A stretch of 64,000 nt of DNA from Rhynchobatus australiae (GCA_034780895.1 JAUZTB010000017.1:18910102-18974101), one strand, 5' to 3'. Positions 13,755-28,644 are shown, counted from the stretch's first letter. Numbers and translations are program-made. The notes: a model not told the origin generated them from the sequence alone.

Positions 13755-15076
13755 TATCTAAATTTATTCATATAACTAAGTGTCAAATTTTTCTTAACAA
13801 ATTTGTAACTAATAAATTTGATTTTTTTTCCCCCTTTTTTGTGCCTATCTGCTGACAATAAACAACATCAACTTGATTTGTAAGTTCTACCTCTGCCTGA
13901 GTCCACATTTCCAAGCTGCCAACAAACCCTTATGTTTACAGTTACAAACTGGCTCCAGGTCAAATTGCTAGGTGAATCATTATAATCACTTAACTGTTCC
14001 CTTAGACTACATAGACTGTCCTGTGCAAAGAAATCCATGTGAGGAAAATCACTTGTGACAATTTTAAACTAGTCATCTTTTGACACCAATTCACGAAGGA
14101 AAAAATCTTCCCCTTTTTCAACCTATTAGAACTCAAATTTGAAAAAAAGGAACTCCATACATCACCACTTAATTTTTCCTTTGGCACTGCTGATAGTGTC
14201 TCCTATTCTTGGCATCATTCCATGGAATTGACACAGTACAATACACATGGCTTTAATGCCCTTTCTAAAAATGGGAGCTGTCAAAAATGCAGGGTATACA
14301 TTAATCTGGAGTAATATAATTTACAAAGAACTCAAATCTTTCTAGATATCAAGTTAAATATTTATGATATACAAATTNNNNNNNNNNNNNNNNNNNNNNN
14401 NNNNNNNNNNNNNNNNNNNNNNNNNNNNNNNNNNNNNNNNNNNNNNNNNNNNNNNNNNNNNNNNNNNNNNNNNNNNNCAAATTCTATGCTCTGGACTCCC
14501 ATAATAATGGCATTCTAAATGGTGCTTAAGATCTGTGCTTGTATGTGCACAGCTTCTTCCCAGCACAAGAGTTTCAGGCTGTCATCATTTAACAGCAAAA
14601 TGGATAGAACTGCAGTGCTAAACCTGTACTATAATTGATTATCCAATTATAAAGAGGAAAATGACATCTGTATTCTCAAAAGTGGTTTGATAAAATTACA
14701 AAGCCAGTTGTTCATTTTGTTAGAGTGAATTTTCATAATCAATTCTGCTCATTTCAGAAATTGCAGAATGTTTCTTTTAATTTCTTAAGTGAATCTAACA
14801 TTTTATTAAATTTCACGTACATGGAGGATTATTCAAAGAATTTGTAATTTGAGGATTATAATTTACATATACAACCTTGTCATGAAGCTCTATATTAGAC
14901 ATACTATATTTTCACTATTTAGCATTTTTATTTGGTATTTGTTAACGATTAATACATACCCCACTGAAATTGGAAAGGGAAAGAAATATTCAGATGAACA
15001 TCAATTTTTTTCTACTTGAATCTAAGAACAATCCTTTCACTAGCTGGGTTGCTTTACCCCTAAAATTTAAGAATTA

Positions 15077-15274
<198 letters not shown>

Positions 15275-18200
15275 CTACATTAGTTACTTATTAATTAAAT
15301 GTTCTAAGATTTAAGGCAAAAAAATGTAACAGAAAAATTACAAGGAGTTATCAGGAAAATTACAAAATGTAACAGCATCATCCAATCTTATACAATCAAT
15401 GCAATTAACTACAGTTACCGTAAAAAATTTACATTAAGTTTTTGAAGACTTTTGTAAAATGAAGTCTCTTTGCTGTGACCTTCAATGAATCGTATTATAG
15501 TATCTCACTTTCGCAGAAAGCCATTATCCGAATGCTTTGAGCCAGCAAAACACGCTAGTGTGGTTATGTATTGATAGGATCTTTTAAGTTCATATCTTAA
15601 ATGTTCAATAGTAATTGTACATTTTTATTTGATGACTCAGGGTTCACACATTTTACAGATCAACAATCAGTTAATAAAGCCACATATAAAAGTTAGAATC
15701 AATTTCATAGCTTTTTTTCCTTCAGTGGAGATAATTTATCTAATTAATGCCACAGTTAGTTTTCTTTTCACATTCAAATTGAAGCATGTACATTTAATTA
15801 CCTTACCAAGCTTTAATTTTCTTAAGAGAAACAGGTCAACACAAAACTCTTACTGGTAATTGCGGGCCAGATTTGCATTTTTTTTTAATTTACTTTCTTG
15901 TCACTTTTATTTTTAAACTGAAGTTTATCAGCAACGGTTTAAAGAAAATGCTCCAATATTCACAATATTTATTGATCCAATTTCTGGAAAATATATCTTT
16001 TAGTCATTGTCATGCTGAGATCACACACATCCTACTTTCACTACATAAATATTACTCATATCTAAAATTACATTTCAGTTTAAAAAATGCCACAAAGATC
16101 TCTATAATAATCTAAAACTCTATTAGCTGGAGGGAATGCAAGGGAAATGAAGTAATAATGTCAGCACGAGTATATGATTCCAACTCAAAGATTAGTTAGA
16201 TTTCAAAATTTTGCAAAATTTCAAAATATATAAATGTCAAATGAACCANNNNNNNNNNNNNNNNNNNNNNNNNNNNNNNNNNNNNNNNNNNNNNNNNNNN
16301 NNNNNNNNNNNNNNNATACCATCTTTCAGTTGGGGAAAAAAAATTGAAGCGACAAGGATCGATCATCAAGAAAAAAAAAATTTGAAGAATAATATGGGGG
16401 AAAGAAACAATTTTTTAAATATTGCACCTCTCATGACCATGTACAGTATCAAAAAGGTTGATCAAGATACATCTGAGTAGCATTCCTTTCCGTCAAGAGG
16501 TACAGAGCTTATTATTTTATTGATTGATGGGATTTGAGTATGGCTTACAGGATCAACACTTAATTTTATCCCTAAGAAAGTAATAAATACTTTTTTGTTT
16601 AAACCACTTAGCTATATGTTGAAAGTAATTCCTGTTTTTTGACTGAGGTGTCAAAGAGCACATTATTGATGAGAAAGTGCTGAGGTTTGGGTGGGTGGGT
16701 CAGTGCAGTTCAGTTCATGGTTAAAATAGATACTTCCTTTGTGTCAATCTTCTTGCTGCCTACTACAATCCCAATTTGGCAACCACGTCCTTCTGGACAA
16801 TTAGTCTTGTCAGTAATATGGCTACTAAGCCAGTACTGGTGATGGACTAGTCCCCACCCACTTCACATTTGCCATTCCAACCCTTCGTGCTGCTTCCAAG
16901 AAATATTTAATGTGAAAGAGTACCGACTCATCAACTGAGCAAGGTAGGGGATGGTAACAGCAAGTGGTTTCCTTAATGCCATTGATTCCAGGCTCAATGA
17001 AATCATACATCAAGGAGTCCAGAACCACTTTCTGGTGACTGAATACCAATGTTCTGTCCCCTATGGTAATTCTGACTTAGTGGCATGACAGGACAAACAA
17101 GAATAGCGATGGAGACGTCTGGTATATTGGTGGGTATAACCCTATCAGGCTGTTTTTTGACTGATTTAGGAAAGCCTTCCATATCTAGCACATCACCTGA
17201 AATTAATCTGCAGGATTTATTAGACCAGTTGTGCTTCATGTCCAGTGCCTGGTTTGATGCAATGTGGTCAGCTAGATGTTTCTCCCCCCCCACATCATCA
17301 ATTTGTGCAGTGATGACTGGTTTTCCTCACTTTTGTTTTACAAAACTGGCAGTTGAAAGTTCTTGAGGATTCTTGACAGGATGTTTTTTTTTATTAAATC
17401 AAGAATAAAGGGTCTCTCATTTAAGGAGGACTAACTGTTTCATGACTCTTTTTTTCCTCAAAGGCAATTGAAACATGGCCAAATTTTTAAAATATTTTTT
17501 AAAAAAGGTGGGGATAGATAGATTCTTGATAAACAAGAAGCAGAAAAGATTACCAGCGTAGGCAGGAATTTGATTAGTCATGACCTTATTAAATGGCAGA
17601 GCAGGCTTGAGGGGCCAAATGGCCTAAACATGTTTGTAATTCATGGGTGTCACAAATTTGTAATTTCGTTTAAACTATTCATGGCTGGTTAGAACAAAGG
17701 CCAGGTCATTCCTTATAAAGAACAAAGCAATTGTCAATTTTTTTTTCCACCACTGGCAGTCCATAATTGATAGGATTCATATGTTCCCTTCTCACTCTCT
17801 TAGCTAGATGAAGTACAAATGAAGCTACTAATTATCTAAAAACTTAGAAGAAATTAACAGAAATCATAAAACTGCTCATTTTTAATCTTTGAGAAAGAAN
17901 NNNNNNNNNACATTTGTCAATTTGTACACAGTGTCACAATTTCATTTCTCTAATAAACAGCAAAATCAATTCCTTAAAAACTCAAAAATTCTGAAAAGGA
18001 AGAGATGTGCTTAACCCACTTGCACTGAAAACTACCATGTTGAAGATTTTTGGAAACACATTGTATATGAAGTTGCTAATATATTGTGTCCACAACTAAG
18101 CAGTCAGTCAAAAATAAAAATGCTTTTAGAAAAAGCATGAAAGAAAATGCAAGGAACCATTAGACAATTGACATATTTGATAAAACACAAGCCATCTGTT

Positions 18201-19882
18201 CTTCCTTAATATTCTTGTCAACGTTTTATTAGTATCTTTTGCTTGCCAAGTTCAATGGAAGTAACTCAATGGAAAAAGAGACAAATATGTTTTAAACCCA
18301 ATAAAATGTGAAGCACTGAATATTAATATCATACATATGTGCATCCGAATTCCTCATTTATGTTTTAAATATAATTAATGAAGCACCTAGGAATATCAAA
18401 TAGACACATTCTGTTTAGATGATTAGCCTTTATGATATATGGGTTTACCTATACAGGAAATAGATAACAAGAGGGCTTCTACATTTGTGTGCTTCCATCT
18501 TAACTTTGTCCACTACTGATTTACTTAGTACAAAGTTATTCATATATGTACTTTGATCCAATTTAAAATATTTTGATCGTTGCTGGCAAGTCCGTAACAA
18601 ATTCTGAAGCACAACTACATTTTTTAAAAAACCTGAAATGATGATTCAGAAGGTTTGAGAAATAGTTTTCAAAAGCAACTGAAAAGGAATTACAAAGCAC
18701 ACATGAATACATTTACTGATAACTAGAAAGGTTCAGATCTTTGTCTATATTATCAGGAACTAAGGCACTTTTCCTGACATCAGTCATGGAATTGGAAATA
18801 AATAGGATATACAACACTTTTCTGCCTATATCCCAAATATCCAGTTGGGATATTAAGGACTTGACGAGGTTAGGTGATTGTATGCAATTGATTTTTCAGA
18901 TTTTGGCAGTGAAAACATTATTTTCTATATTAAAGATAATGTTAACAGTCAGAATACACATAGACAGAGGGACTAAAATCACAGCACAAACTATAACACT
19001 GAGGGATTTGGAGACACCCAGTGGCGAGAAAATGGAAATGAAAGTAAACTTTAAAAAAAATACAGGCAATTACAAAAAAAAAAGATTTTTGTGACCAAAT
19101 TATGGCAAAGGACCGAGTGCTCCAAAACAAAGTCTCTTTTGGAGACATCTATTGGCATTTTAGATGATTACCAATACACGCGGGTTTGGGTACACACTGA
19201 AAAATTCATGAGTGTTGAAAGCAATAAGCCATCTGCTTGAACATATTTGATTCGAACATATTGCAAATGCAGTTGGGAAAGTAAAATTTCTGCCATCTCT
19301 TCCATACAAATTCTTTAACTGAATGAGTTTTATCTATAGTGAAAATCAATTTAAAACTTGAGTTTTTTTTGTAAGGCTTAGAGAGACTAAAATGAAATTT
19401 TTGCCTCAAATGCTAAGTACCTTCAAGACTTTTACGCCATTACCAAGCATCAACAGCAAATCTGCATTTTCTCCAGACTGTGATGACTTTATCAAAGAGG
19501 CATTTGAAATTTTAAGATGAAGTTACACTATTATAATTCTGGATATTCTTTCTCAGCAAAATAGTTTGAAATAACTCACAGTGAAAGGTAAATTCTAATT
19601 TTTGTTTGATCAGCAGCAACTGATCTTGAGCGTATTTAAATATTTTGGATGCAAAAGGCAAAAAGACAAAAATACAATCAAATAGAAAAAAGAACAATGT
19701 ATTAGCATATTTGTATTTTGTATTATTAGCGATNNNNNNNNNNNTGAAATACAATCAAAATCTATTCAAGTATTTAAATATCAAAACAAAAATCCCTGGA
19801 AGCCACAGCCTTGAAATTAATACAAGAATATTAATAGAACAAAGGCCCAGCATGAGTAATTGCACTGAAATTGAAAAAGTAC

Positions 19883-20133
19883 CTCTAATTGATGCACTGC
19901 ATCTGGAGATAAAGATTCAGAAATAAATTCTTCCAATGATTTTGCTTGATTTGCTTGTGGGGCACGATGTTGCAAGAGGAGAGTATTAGGGCTGTCACAA
20001 GAGGCTTCTTGGTGTTGGGAGACATCAGCCATTTCTATCTGTTGCTGTTTCTGAAGCATCTTTTTTAATTTTCTCTCTCTCCGAACATCTTTTGCTTTGC
20101 GGCATGGTGGTTTATTTGGATCAGCTCCTCTGC
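19883..20133 (-). CDS. ATE1: ATE1 exon 6 (GRGADPNKPPCRKAKDVRRERKLKKM...KSLEEFISESLSPDAVHQLE)
   Basis: ctaaaag| acceptor, GAG|gtactt donor, 251 nt, phase 1 to 0. PPCRKAK and KSLE..I.ESL....H.LE motifs. Confidence 0.93.
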
Positions 20134-23100
20134 CTTTTAGTTTTTTTTAAAAAAAAGAGAAACTTGGGTTATACACCAAACACTCGGTAGATCTTGACAT
20201 AATAAAAATGCATATGCCTTTTATTTTATTAGTTATAATCAAGATCACCATATTAAACTTAACAAAATAGCAAAATCCATTTAAAGTCCTTCTTAAACAC
20301 TAGCTATTCCAGAACATTCATTCTTCACCAGAAGATATTAGGAGCAGTATCTTATCTGCACTGAAACAGTCTCTTGAACAGCCTCCATCATATTTCACTT
20401 TTAATGCCCAAAGAGCACTTAAAACAAAATTCAGCATCAAGAGATCAAATAAGTAACTGTGGAACAGTTCCAAACTGATATTATTGAAACTGGTCAGTTA
20501 CATGTAGAGTAGCCAGTTTATATCTCATTCTTTGAGACTCAAACTTAGCAAGTTTAAAAAGTTATAATCTTCTTCATTCCCTCAGTTGTTATACCAAAAT
20601 TGATCATTATATAACAGATAATTGACTAATTCTAACTTGGTAATCATCACCTAATCTTGTGTAGCTTTTTATTGCTATGCTATTCTACTTTGCCTAGCCT
20701 GTGCGAAAATTAAAATCTCCCATAACAAGCACTTTTCCTTTTGAACATGTTTCACTGGCACCAGATGCTACATCACAATTGGCAATAAGATTGAACCAAT
20801 CCCTTTCATAAACTTGAACACTTCAGTCAGACACTGGAGACTGCAGGCCAAGTGATGGAAAACACGATTAATGTGGATGGGTGCCTACTGGAAGTGTGGA
20901 CATGGTGGGCCAAAGGCTTGTTTCAATGCTGTATGATTCAGTGACTCTATAATTCACGGAGATTCATTCTGCCATCATTCTTGAAATCTTTTTAAACTGT
21001 CTCTACTGTGTGTGTTCTTTTTAGACTGTGCTAAACAAAACCAGTCTTAGTACTCCAAATGGGGACTAACCAAAATTCTGTACAAATTTAAACACAATTT
21101 CTCTGCAACTCTTCCCCCATCCAAAAATCTCATTAACCTGTGTGTCCTAATAGCAAATATGTAAGCACAAACTTTCCAGANNNNNNNNNNNNNNNNNNNN
21201 NNNNNNNNNNNNNNNNNNNNNNNNNNNNNNNNNNNNNNNNNNNNNNNNNNNNNNNNNNNNNNNNNNNNNNNNNNNNNNNNNNNNNNNNNNNNNNNNNNNN
21301 NNNNNNNNNNNNNNNNNNNNNNNNNNNNNNNNNNNNNNNNNNNNNNNNNNNNNNNNNNNNNNNNNNNNNNNNNNNNNNNNNNNNNNNNNNNNNNNNNNNN
21401 NNNNNNNNNNNNNNNNNNNNNNNNNNNNNNNNNNNNNNNNNNNNNNNNNNNNNNNNNNNNNNNNNNNNNNNNNNNNNNNNNNNNNNNNNNNNNNNNNNNN
21501 NNNNNNNNNNNNNNNNNNNNNNNNNNNNNNNNNNNNNNNNNNNNNNNNNNNNNNNNNNNNNNNNNNNNNNNNNNNNNNNNNNNNNNNNNNNNNNNNNNNN
21601 NNNNNNNNNNNNNNNNNNNNNNNNNNNNNNNNNNNNNNNNNNNNNNNNNNNNNNNNNNNNNNNNNNNNNNNNNNNNNNNNNNNNNNNNNNNNNNNNNNNN
21701 NNNNNNNNNNNNNNNNNNNNNNNNNNNNNNNNNNNNNNNNNNNNNNNNNNNNNNNNNNNNNNNNNNNNNNNNNNNNNNNNNNNNNNNNNNNNNNNNNNNN
21801 NNNNNNNNNNNNNNNNNNNNCACAACATCTGCAGGTAGTGCATTCCAAATTCCAAGTACACACTTCATAAAAAAATGTTTTTCCTTATCAGTATTAATTT
21901 TCTTCCCCTTTGCTTCACACTAGTGGTGTCTAGTTGTCAACCCCTACCAATAGAAATAGCCTCCCACTTTCCACTCTGTCCACACCTGACATTTTATAGA
22001 CCTCTATCAGATCTTCTCTCAGCCAAGTCTAGACTAGTGTTTAATACAGGACAGCATGGTTTCCCTGCTTTTATGCTCTATGCCTCTGTTCATTAAGTTA
22101 CTTCTTTCCAGTCTTGCTTCATGTCCCTTTATAAATAAAGAAACTACATTAACTATGTACTTTGTCCTGAAGTTTTCTGTGCTTTTCTCCCCAACTCATT
22201 TTGACATATGCCTATGTGAACGGGACTGGCATGCAATTATATTAGAAAAGTTGAAAAATTAAGGATATGAAAGTGAACAGAAGTTGAAACTTATACCTGT
22301 ATTAATTTGGTCACTGGATATAGATATCACTGGCAAGAGCAGTAGTGAGCCAGATGGATTTTTATGGTAATGTATTTATTTTTTTCCACCATTACTGATG
22401 CTGGCTTTGTGTTTCATATTTATTTAATTACTTGAACTTAAATTTCTCAGCTGCTAGAACAGGGTTCAAACTTTTATCCAAATCAATGGCCCAGGCCTCT
22501 GGGTACCAGCCCTGTAAATTAACCATCTGTCACACACAATGTCTGTACTGTAAAAATAACAGTTGCTAAAGTTATGACCCATTCAAAACAGCTTTTCTCT
22601 CAGAATACAAGGAGGCTTGTGTTCAAATTTTTCTGATTAAAATTATTTAATTCCTTGAGGCAATCTAAACATATTTTCGGCTCAAAGGCTATTAAACTAA
22701 AATTGACCTGAAAAAACTAATGCCTCACTTTTCACTGCATAGATGTTACTTATATAAAAAATACTTAACAGAATTTTAAAGAGTAAAATGCTGGATACAA
22801 GCAATATCAGTGGAGAGGAAAACAGAATTAATGTTTCAAGTCGATAACTTTTATTCAGAACCAGGAAATTAGAAATTAAACATGTTTTCCATTGCAGAGA
22901 TGAGGAGGGGTAGAGAGAACAGATGGAATGGTTGCGATGGGGTAGAGATGAAGAGAGACTAAACAACACTAAAGATGGTGTTAGCTGAGGGAGGGTGCTG
23001 AATTCTAGTTAATCACAGCCACCAACTTCTGGGTCATTTCATTTTCTCCTTGTCTCTCAGATTAGAGTTCTGCGCACGGAGTTCCAGTAGTTGGATCCAA

Positions 23101-24909
23101 TCATGAGCAGGACTGGGTGCAATATGGAAGGGAGTTTGCAGGTTGTGCATCAATAGGAGATGTCATTGTGGTCTAGTGAGATTTTATTCTTCAGATATAA
23201 TAACAACAAAGATGTTCAGTGACTGTCAAAACTTCTATTAACCAGACTGCGGCCAGAATTTACAACCAAGATACATGATGTCAGTTTTGCTTACTACAAG
23301 ATAATCCAGAAAGAATAAAACAAGGATAGAAGTGGTAGGCATTCTATTATATGGATAGAGTTCCATTTGCAAAGTGATGCAACTTCTTAATTTGGCATTG
23401 ATATCATCTTGTCAGAGTTCTTCCCAATGAAAGAATAAAATACTAGCAAGTTTGCAGTAACTAGGTCACATAACAAATACATGAAACCACCATCACCAAA
23501 CACCCTTCTACTGACCTCATCTGGTAAGAGGCAAGAGTTCTGCTTATGGGAGTAAACACGGCAAGAACCACGAAATCTACCACATTTACCTTTGACTCCG
23601 ATATTCAGAAACATACAACAATCCCGTATTTTCTCAGATTCCAATCCTAAACAAAATTGTCATACTGCACTGCCACCCTCTGGTGATATCAGTTTATTAA
23701 AAATCATGAATCTTGAAATTACAAAACTAACAAGGGTTCCTATACTATGGATACTGGGTAGAAGTAAAAAAATACTGCTCATCTTGCTGCACGAGTTGTT
23801 GAAATGGAATATTTAAACATTCTTCAATATTTCTGTCAAGGGTATTGTAGGTTTCATTATGAACACATATGTAAAGAAGTCCTTGTTATTTTCTTTTAAT
23901 TACTCTTAAAAGCTCTAAATTAAGTTCTCTANNNNNNNNNNNNNNNNNNNNNNNNNNNNNNNNNNNNNNNNNNGAAGAATAGAGTGGAATTTTTATCCTT
24001 CACCAACATTACCCACAGAAGAATCAATTTCTATCACTAGCATAGGGCAACAATGACATCTCCTGCCCTACCACCTCCAGATACAGCTCCCTGAGCGATT
24101 CTACTTGAATTCAAGTTAGTGCAATCTTCCATGAGATTCCCTATGCTCAAGCTGGGAAACCTGCCCTTGCACAGAAAGCCCAATTCAAACGAATAGCAGA
24201 AATCAGCTTATGAGAGGAAGACAAATAGTCACTTTTAGTACTTAATCTCAATGCCTCAGATTGGATCTTGAATGTATAAAAAATTTTGTAAAATTATAAA
24301 AATTTTGAAAACTTGTTCTAACTTTTACTAAATGATAAATATGAAAGGTATTCACAAACATTATGGTCCTGATAATATTTTTGACTGCCTGAGAAGCAGA
24401 ATCTCACCAGCTTTCAAAGCAGTCTGTAAATCCAGTATGCGGCCCACTTGACAGTTCTCATGAGCAATTAAGCATGGAAATGTGCAGGGAACCAAGCTCC
24501 CAATGGAAGACAGAAAACAAACAGCTTGGCATCAACAGAAGATCTACCCAAGTGTGACTTACTGACTCGCTTAACAGTGGTCCTGGTTATGACAATGTTA
24601 AGGCTGATAGCAATTAACAAATCAACAGTGAAAAGTATATGTGGCCACTTTAAGATGATATCAAGAAAATTCTCAACATATAAGCAATTGTTACAACAAT
24701 ATTTAAAACTGTTACAACTTTCTTTGGAGTTCTCAAGTGGTGTGGGAGGGGAAATAAAAAGACATCTACATTCCAATTAGTGTATACGCAGAATGTTTTG
24801 GTCAAAGTTTCGTAACAGTCAATGGCCCTCAATTATGAATATCTAAGATTTTTTTCAAGAATATTACATAGAGTTTCAACTTCAAATAAATTCTTCAAAT
24901 ACATCCTAC

Positions 24910-25158
24910 CTGGTTTAGGAACACTTTTATACAACTCAGTAGAGTCATTTGCCTCAGCAGATGAAGGTTTTTGGCCTGGATCCCTGTTATCATCAGCACT
25001 GTTTGTCTGAGGGTTCTCAAGTACTTCAGCTGACTTTGGTATTTCTTCAAGGCTCACAATCTTCAAAGGTTTCTCCAGATCTATATTAACTTCTGAGGTA
25101 CATGTTGCAGGTTGATGACCAATTCCAATATCTTCAATGTAGGAATCCATAGGTTCAA
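24910..25158 (-). CDS. ATE1: ATE1 exon 5 (variable linker, EPMDS...SVPKPG)
   Basis: Lies within ORF 24833-25285. tgaag| acceptor, G|gtagga donor, 249 nt phase 1-1. EPMDS and VPKPG anchors match ATE1. Confidence 0.88.
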
Positions 25159-25289
25159 CTTCATAAGACAAAAGATAATTACAACATGGATTAGTTGAAA
25201 AGGAACAAAAATACACCAAGAATGGTAGGGTCTTGGGGAGAATTGAGGAACAGAGGGATAATGTGGTACATAATGTGGCTACCAAGGCA

Positions 25290-25605
25290 TATGGCCTCTA
25301 TTAGTCATGTCAATGACTATAGAAGTAGGGAGGTTGTGCTCAACCTTGATAAAACCATGGTCAGACATCAAATGGAGTACTGCATGCAATTCTGGTCACA
25401 ATGATATAGGACAGATGTGACAGTGCTGAAGAGGGTGCAGAGGAGATTCACCAGGATGTTGCCTGGAATGGAGCAGTTCAGTTATGAGGAGACACTGGAG
25501 CTAGGTGTGTTCTCCCTAGAGCAGAGGAGGTAAAGAGGAGACATGATTAAGGTTATAAAATGATGAGTATAAATAAGCTAGACTACAGGAAACTTTTCCC
25601 CATGG
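25290..25605 (+). mobile_element. CR1-family LINE fragment
   Basis: EVVLNL.KTMVRHQMEYCMQFWS followed by RVQRRFTRMLPG. Confidence 0.85.
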
Positions 25606-27400
25606 AGTCGGAGTTATACATCACAGAAGTGGGCCCATTGGCCCGACTCATCCTTGCCTACCAAGATGCCCATCTTTGTTGATCCCATCTGCCTGCATTT
25701 GGCCCATATCCCTCTTCTCCTTTCCTAGCCATGTACCTGTACAAATGCTTTTTAATCACTGACTGTACCTATCTATATCAGCTACTTAGGCAACTTGTTC
25801 CATATACACACCATCCTCTATGGAAAAACTCACCCCTCAGATCTCCTATAAATATTTCCCTTCTCACCTTAAGCCTATGTCCTCTTGTTTCAGACTTTGC
25901 TCCTCTTGGAAAAAGACCATAACTACCAACCCTATCTCTGCCCCTCGTAATTTTATAATCCTCTATAAGGTCACCTCCTGTGCTCCAGTGAGAACAATCC
26001 CAGCCCATTCAATCTCCCCTTATTACCAAAGCTCTCTTTTACTCTTTTTATAGTGCTACCACATCCTTTGTACAGTGCAGTGATCAGAACTGCACACAAT
26101 ATTCCAAGTGTGGCTTAACCAATGTCTCGTACAGTGCAACATGATGTCCAAACTCTTATACTCAATACTCCAACTCCAAGTTAAAATGTCTTCTTCACTA
26201 ACCTTTCCACCTTTGTCACCATTTTCAGGGGGCTATGAACTCAGGCCCCATGGTCCCTCTGTATATCAATGCTTCCAAGATCCCTGCCATTTACCGTGTC
26301 CATCTGGCTGGTATTAGACAATGCAAAATACATTACCTCACACTTGTCTGGATGAATTTTCATCTGCCACTCTTCTGCCCAACTTTCCAGCTAATCTACA
26401 TCCTTCTGTATCATTAGGCAACCATCCTCATCACCTACAAATCCATCAATCTTTGTGCCATCAGCAAACTTACTGAGCTGACCACAGACTTTCTCATCCA
26501 AGTCATTTTATACACAAAAGGTCCCAGCACCAAACTCCAGACAGAAAAACAACCCTCCACCACTACCTTCTGCTGCCCATCACCAAACCAATTTTGGATC
26601 CAGTTTGCCAAAACACCTTGAACCCCATGTGCTTTAACTTCCTGGACCAGCCTACCATGAGGGACGTTGTCATAAGCTTTGCTAAAGTCCATTTATACCG
26701 ATGTCATCAATTTTCTTAGTAACCTTCTCAAAAAAAAAATTCACATTTCTGAGTCAGGATATCCTATGCATAATATCATGCTAATTGCTCTCCTCTCCAC
26801 CCAACAAGTCCCTGCCTTTCCAAGTGATCATAAACCCTATTCCCAAGAATTTTTTCCAATAATGTTCCTCTTACTGATGCAAGACTAACCAGCCTATTCT
26901 TTCCTGGGTTATCCCTACCACTCCTCTTGAACACAAGAACAAGATTAACTACTCTCCAGTCTTCTGATAGCTCACACATGGCTAAAGATGACGCAAAAAA
27001 TCTCCATCAGATCTCTGGCAGTCTCTCCTATGCTTCACAAAATACCGTGGGATAGATTTCATCAGGCCCTGGGTATTTGACCACCTTAATGCGCACTAAT
27101 GTCACTAATAGGTCCTTGGTCCTGATACATACATTCCAGACTACCAGCATACACCTCCCCCAGATCTCCACTCTCCCNNNNNNNNNNNNNNNNNNNNNNN
27201 NNNNNNNNNNNNNNNNNNNNNNNNNNNNNNNNNNNNNNNNNNNNNNNNNNNNNNNNNNNNNNNNNNNNNNNNNNNNNCCCCCAGATCTCCACTCTCCCCC
27301 TTGGTGAATACAGACATGGCATTTGTTCAGAACACCACACAAAGACTTCCCCTTTGGTTCCCAAGGGACCTACTCTTTCACTAGCTACCCTCTTGCTTGT
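25606..27400 (-). mobile_element. CR1-family LINE, decayed
   Basis: DFSKAYDNVPHGRLV, PGPDEIYP, DNPGK.RLVSLASV, TRGHRLKVR. Confidence 0.92.
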
Positions 27401-27567
27401 AAAATAGTATGAAAGATAAAACTAGAGGAGCAGTAGGGTCTGAAGGGTCTCAATCCAAAATGTCAACTGCCATTTCTCTCCATAGATGCTGCCTGACCCA
27501 CTGAGTTCCTTCAGCATTTTGTGCGTTGCTCCAGATTTCCAGAATCTTCAGTCTCTCCTGTATCTCC

Positions 27568-27862
27568 ATAAAACTAGAGGACATAGATTTAGGGTAAAGA
27601 GAAGGAGATTTAGAGTGGTTACGAGGGGGACCTCCTTCACCCAGAGAGTGACAAGTATCTGGAATGCACTGCCTGAGAGAGTGCTTGAAACTAGGTCACT
27701 GAGAGCATTTAAGAAGTGTTTAGATGAGCACTTGAATCACTTAGACATAGAAGGCTATGGACCAAGTGCTGGGAGTTAGGATTAATACAAGGGTGCCCAC
27801 TGGTCAGTGTGGACAAATTAGGCTGAATGACCTGTTTCCATGCTATAGAATTCTATGCCCCT
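27568..27862 (+). mobile_element. CR1-family LINE 3' end
   Basis: TRGHRFRVKRRRF...FTQRVTSIWNALPERV plus 3' UTR. Confidence 0.88.
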
Positions 27863-28543
27863 ATGTCAATGGTTGCAAGATTAGATTGTTCCATAAAATC
27901 ACATTATGTTTTAGTCATACAACCAAATCTATCATTAAAATATAAGCTCACTTAATAGCATATTTAACTATTTTGCTGAATACATAAACAGGAAATATAC
28001 TCAGAAAAAAAGACCCTATGATATAGGAGCAGAATTGGGCCATTTGTCCCATCGAATCTGCTCTACCATTCAATCATGTAAAAGCTGAAACTTCACCCAC
28101 AATCAAAATAAAAAATAGCCCCAATTTTAACCAACGTATTCAAGTTGTTCTCATCTTTCCTGCATTAGTACTGACTGTTTACTTACACTCTATAGGAGCA
28201 AAGACTTATGCAAAATGGAAATTTTTTCTTACATTAAGAGCATGGAATGCGAAATGCTGACTTAAATGGCAATTGTCATTTTAATTGTCAAGGCCCTTTA
28301 AAGCACGTTATTTCCGATGATTGATTTTTAAACAAAAATCACTAACAAAGTCAACTGAAGAGAATCTAAGGACATCATCTAACAGCCATTTAAAAAAGGG
28401 GGTGAAATTAAAGGTAATTTCATATTATATGGGGGATAGGAAATGACTAAGTGTCAAGCAAAGGATATGAAAGACAAGCTACTTTCAGATACAAACATCA
28501 TATTTGAATCATGACAGTCTGTCATATAGCAGCAAATACTCAC

Positions 28544-28644
28544 TACCATCTCCTTTTGCTCCTTCTCCTTTGGAAAGGAACCGTGTCATTTTCTTTAATA
28601 CTTTCTTTGAAGACTTTGCAAGTTTGAAGTCCAAAATATGGCAT
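28544..28644 (-). CDS. ATE1: ATE1 exon 4 (CHILDFKLAKSSKKVLKKMTRFLSKGEGAKGDG)
   Basis: ttctag| acceptor, |gtgagt donor, 101 nt, KKVLKKM.FL.KGE motif, phases 2 to 1. Confidence 0.93.

Noticed and set aside
16825-17366. Overlapping 74-96 aa ORFs in ATE1 intron 6
   Set aside because: No recognisable motif or convincing splice sites. Probably decayed repeat sequence.
27157-27300. Direct repeat CCCCAGATCTCCACTCTCCC on both sides of a 100-N gap (similarly AGTACCATG at 62495/62604)
   Set aside because: Typical contig-overlap or collapsed-repeat artefact. Cannot be treated as a target-site duplication or array.
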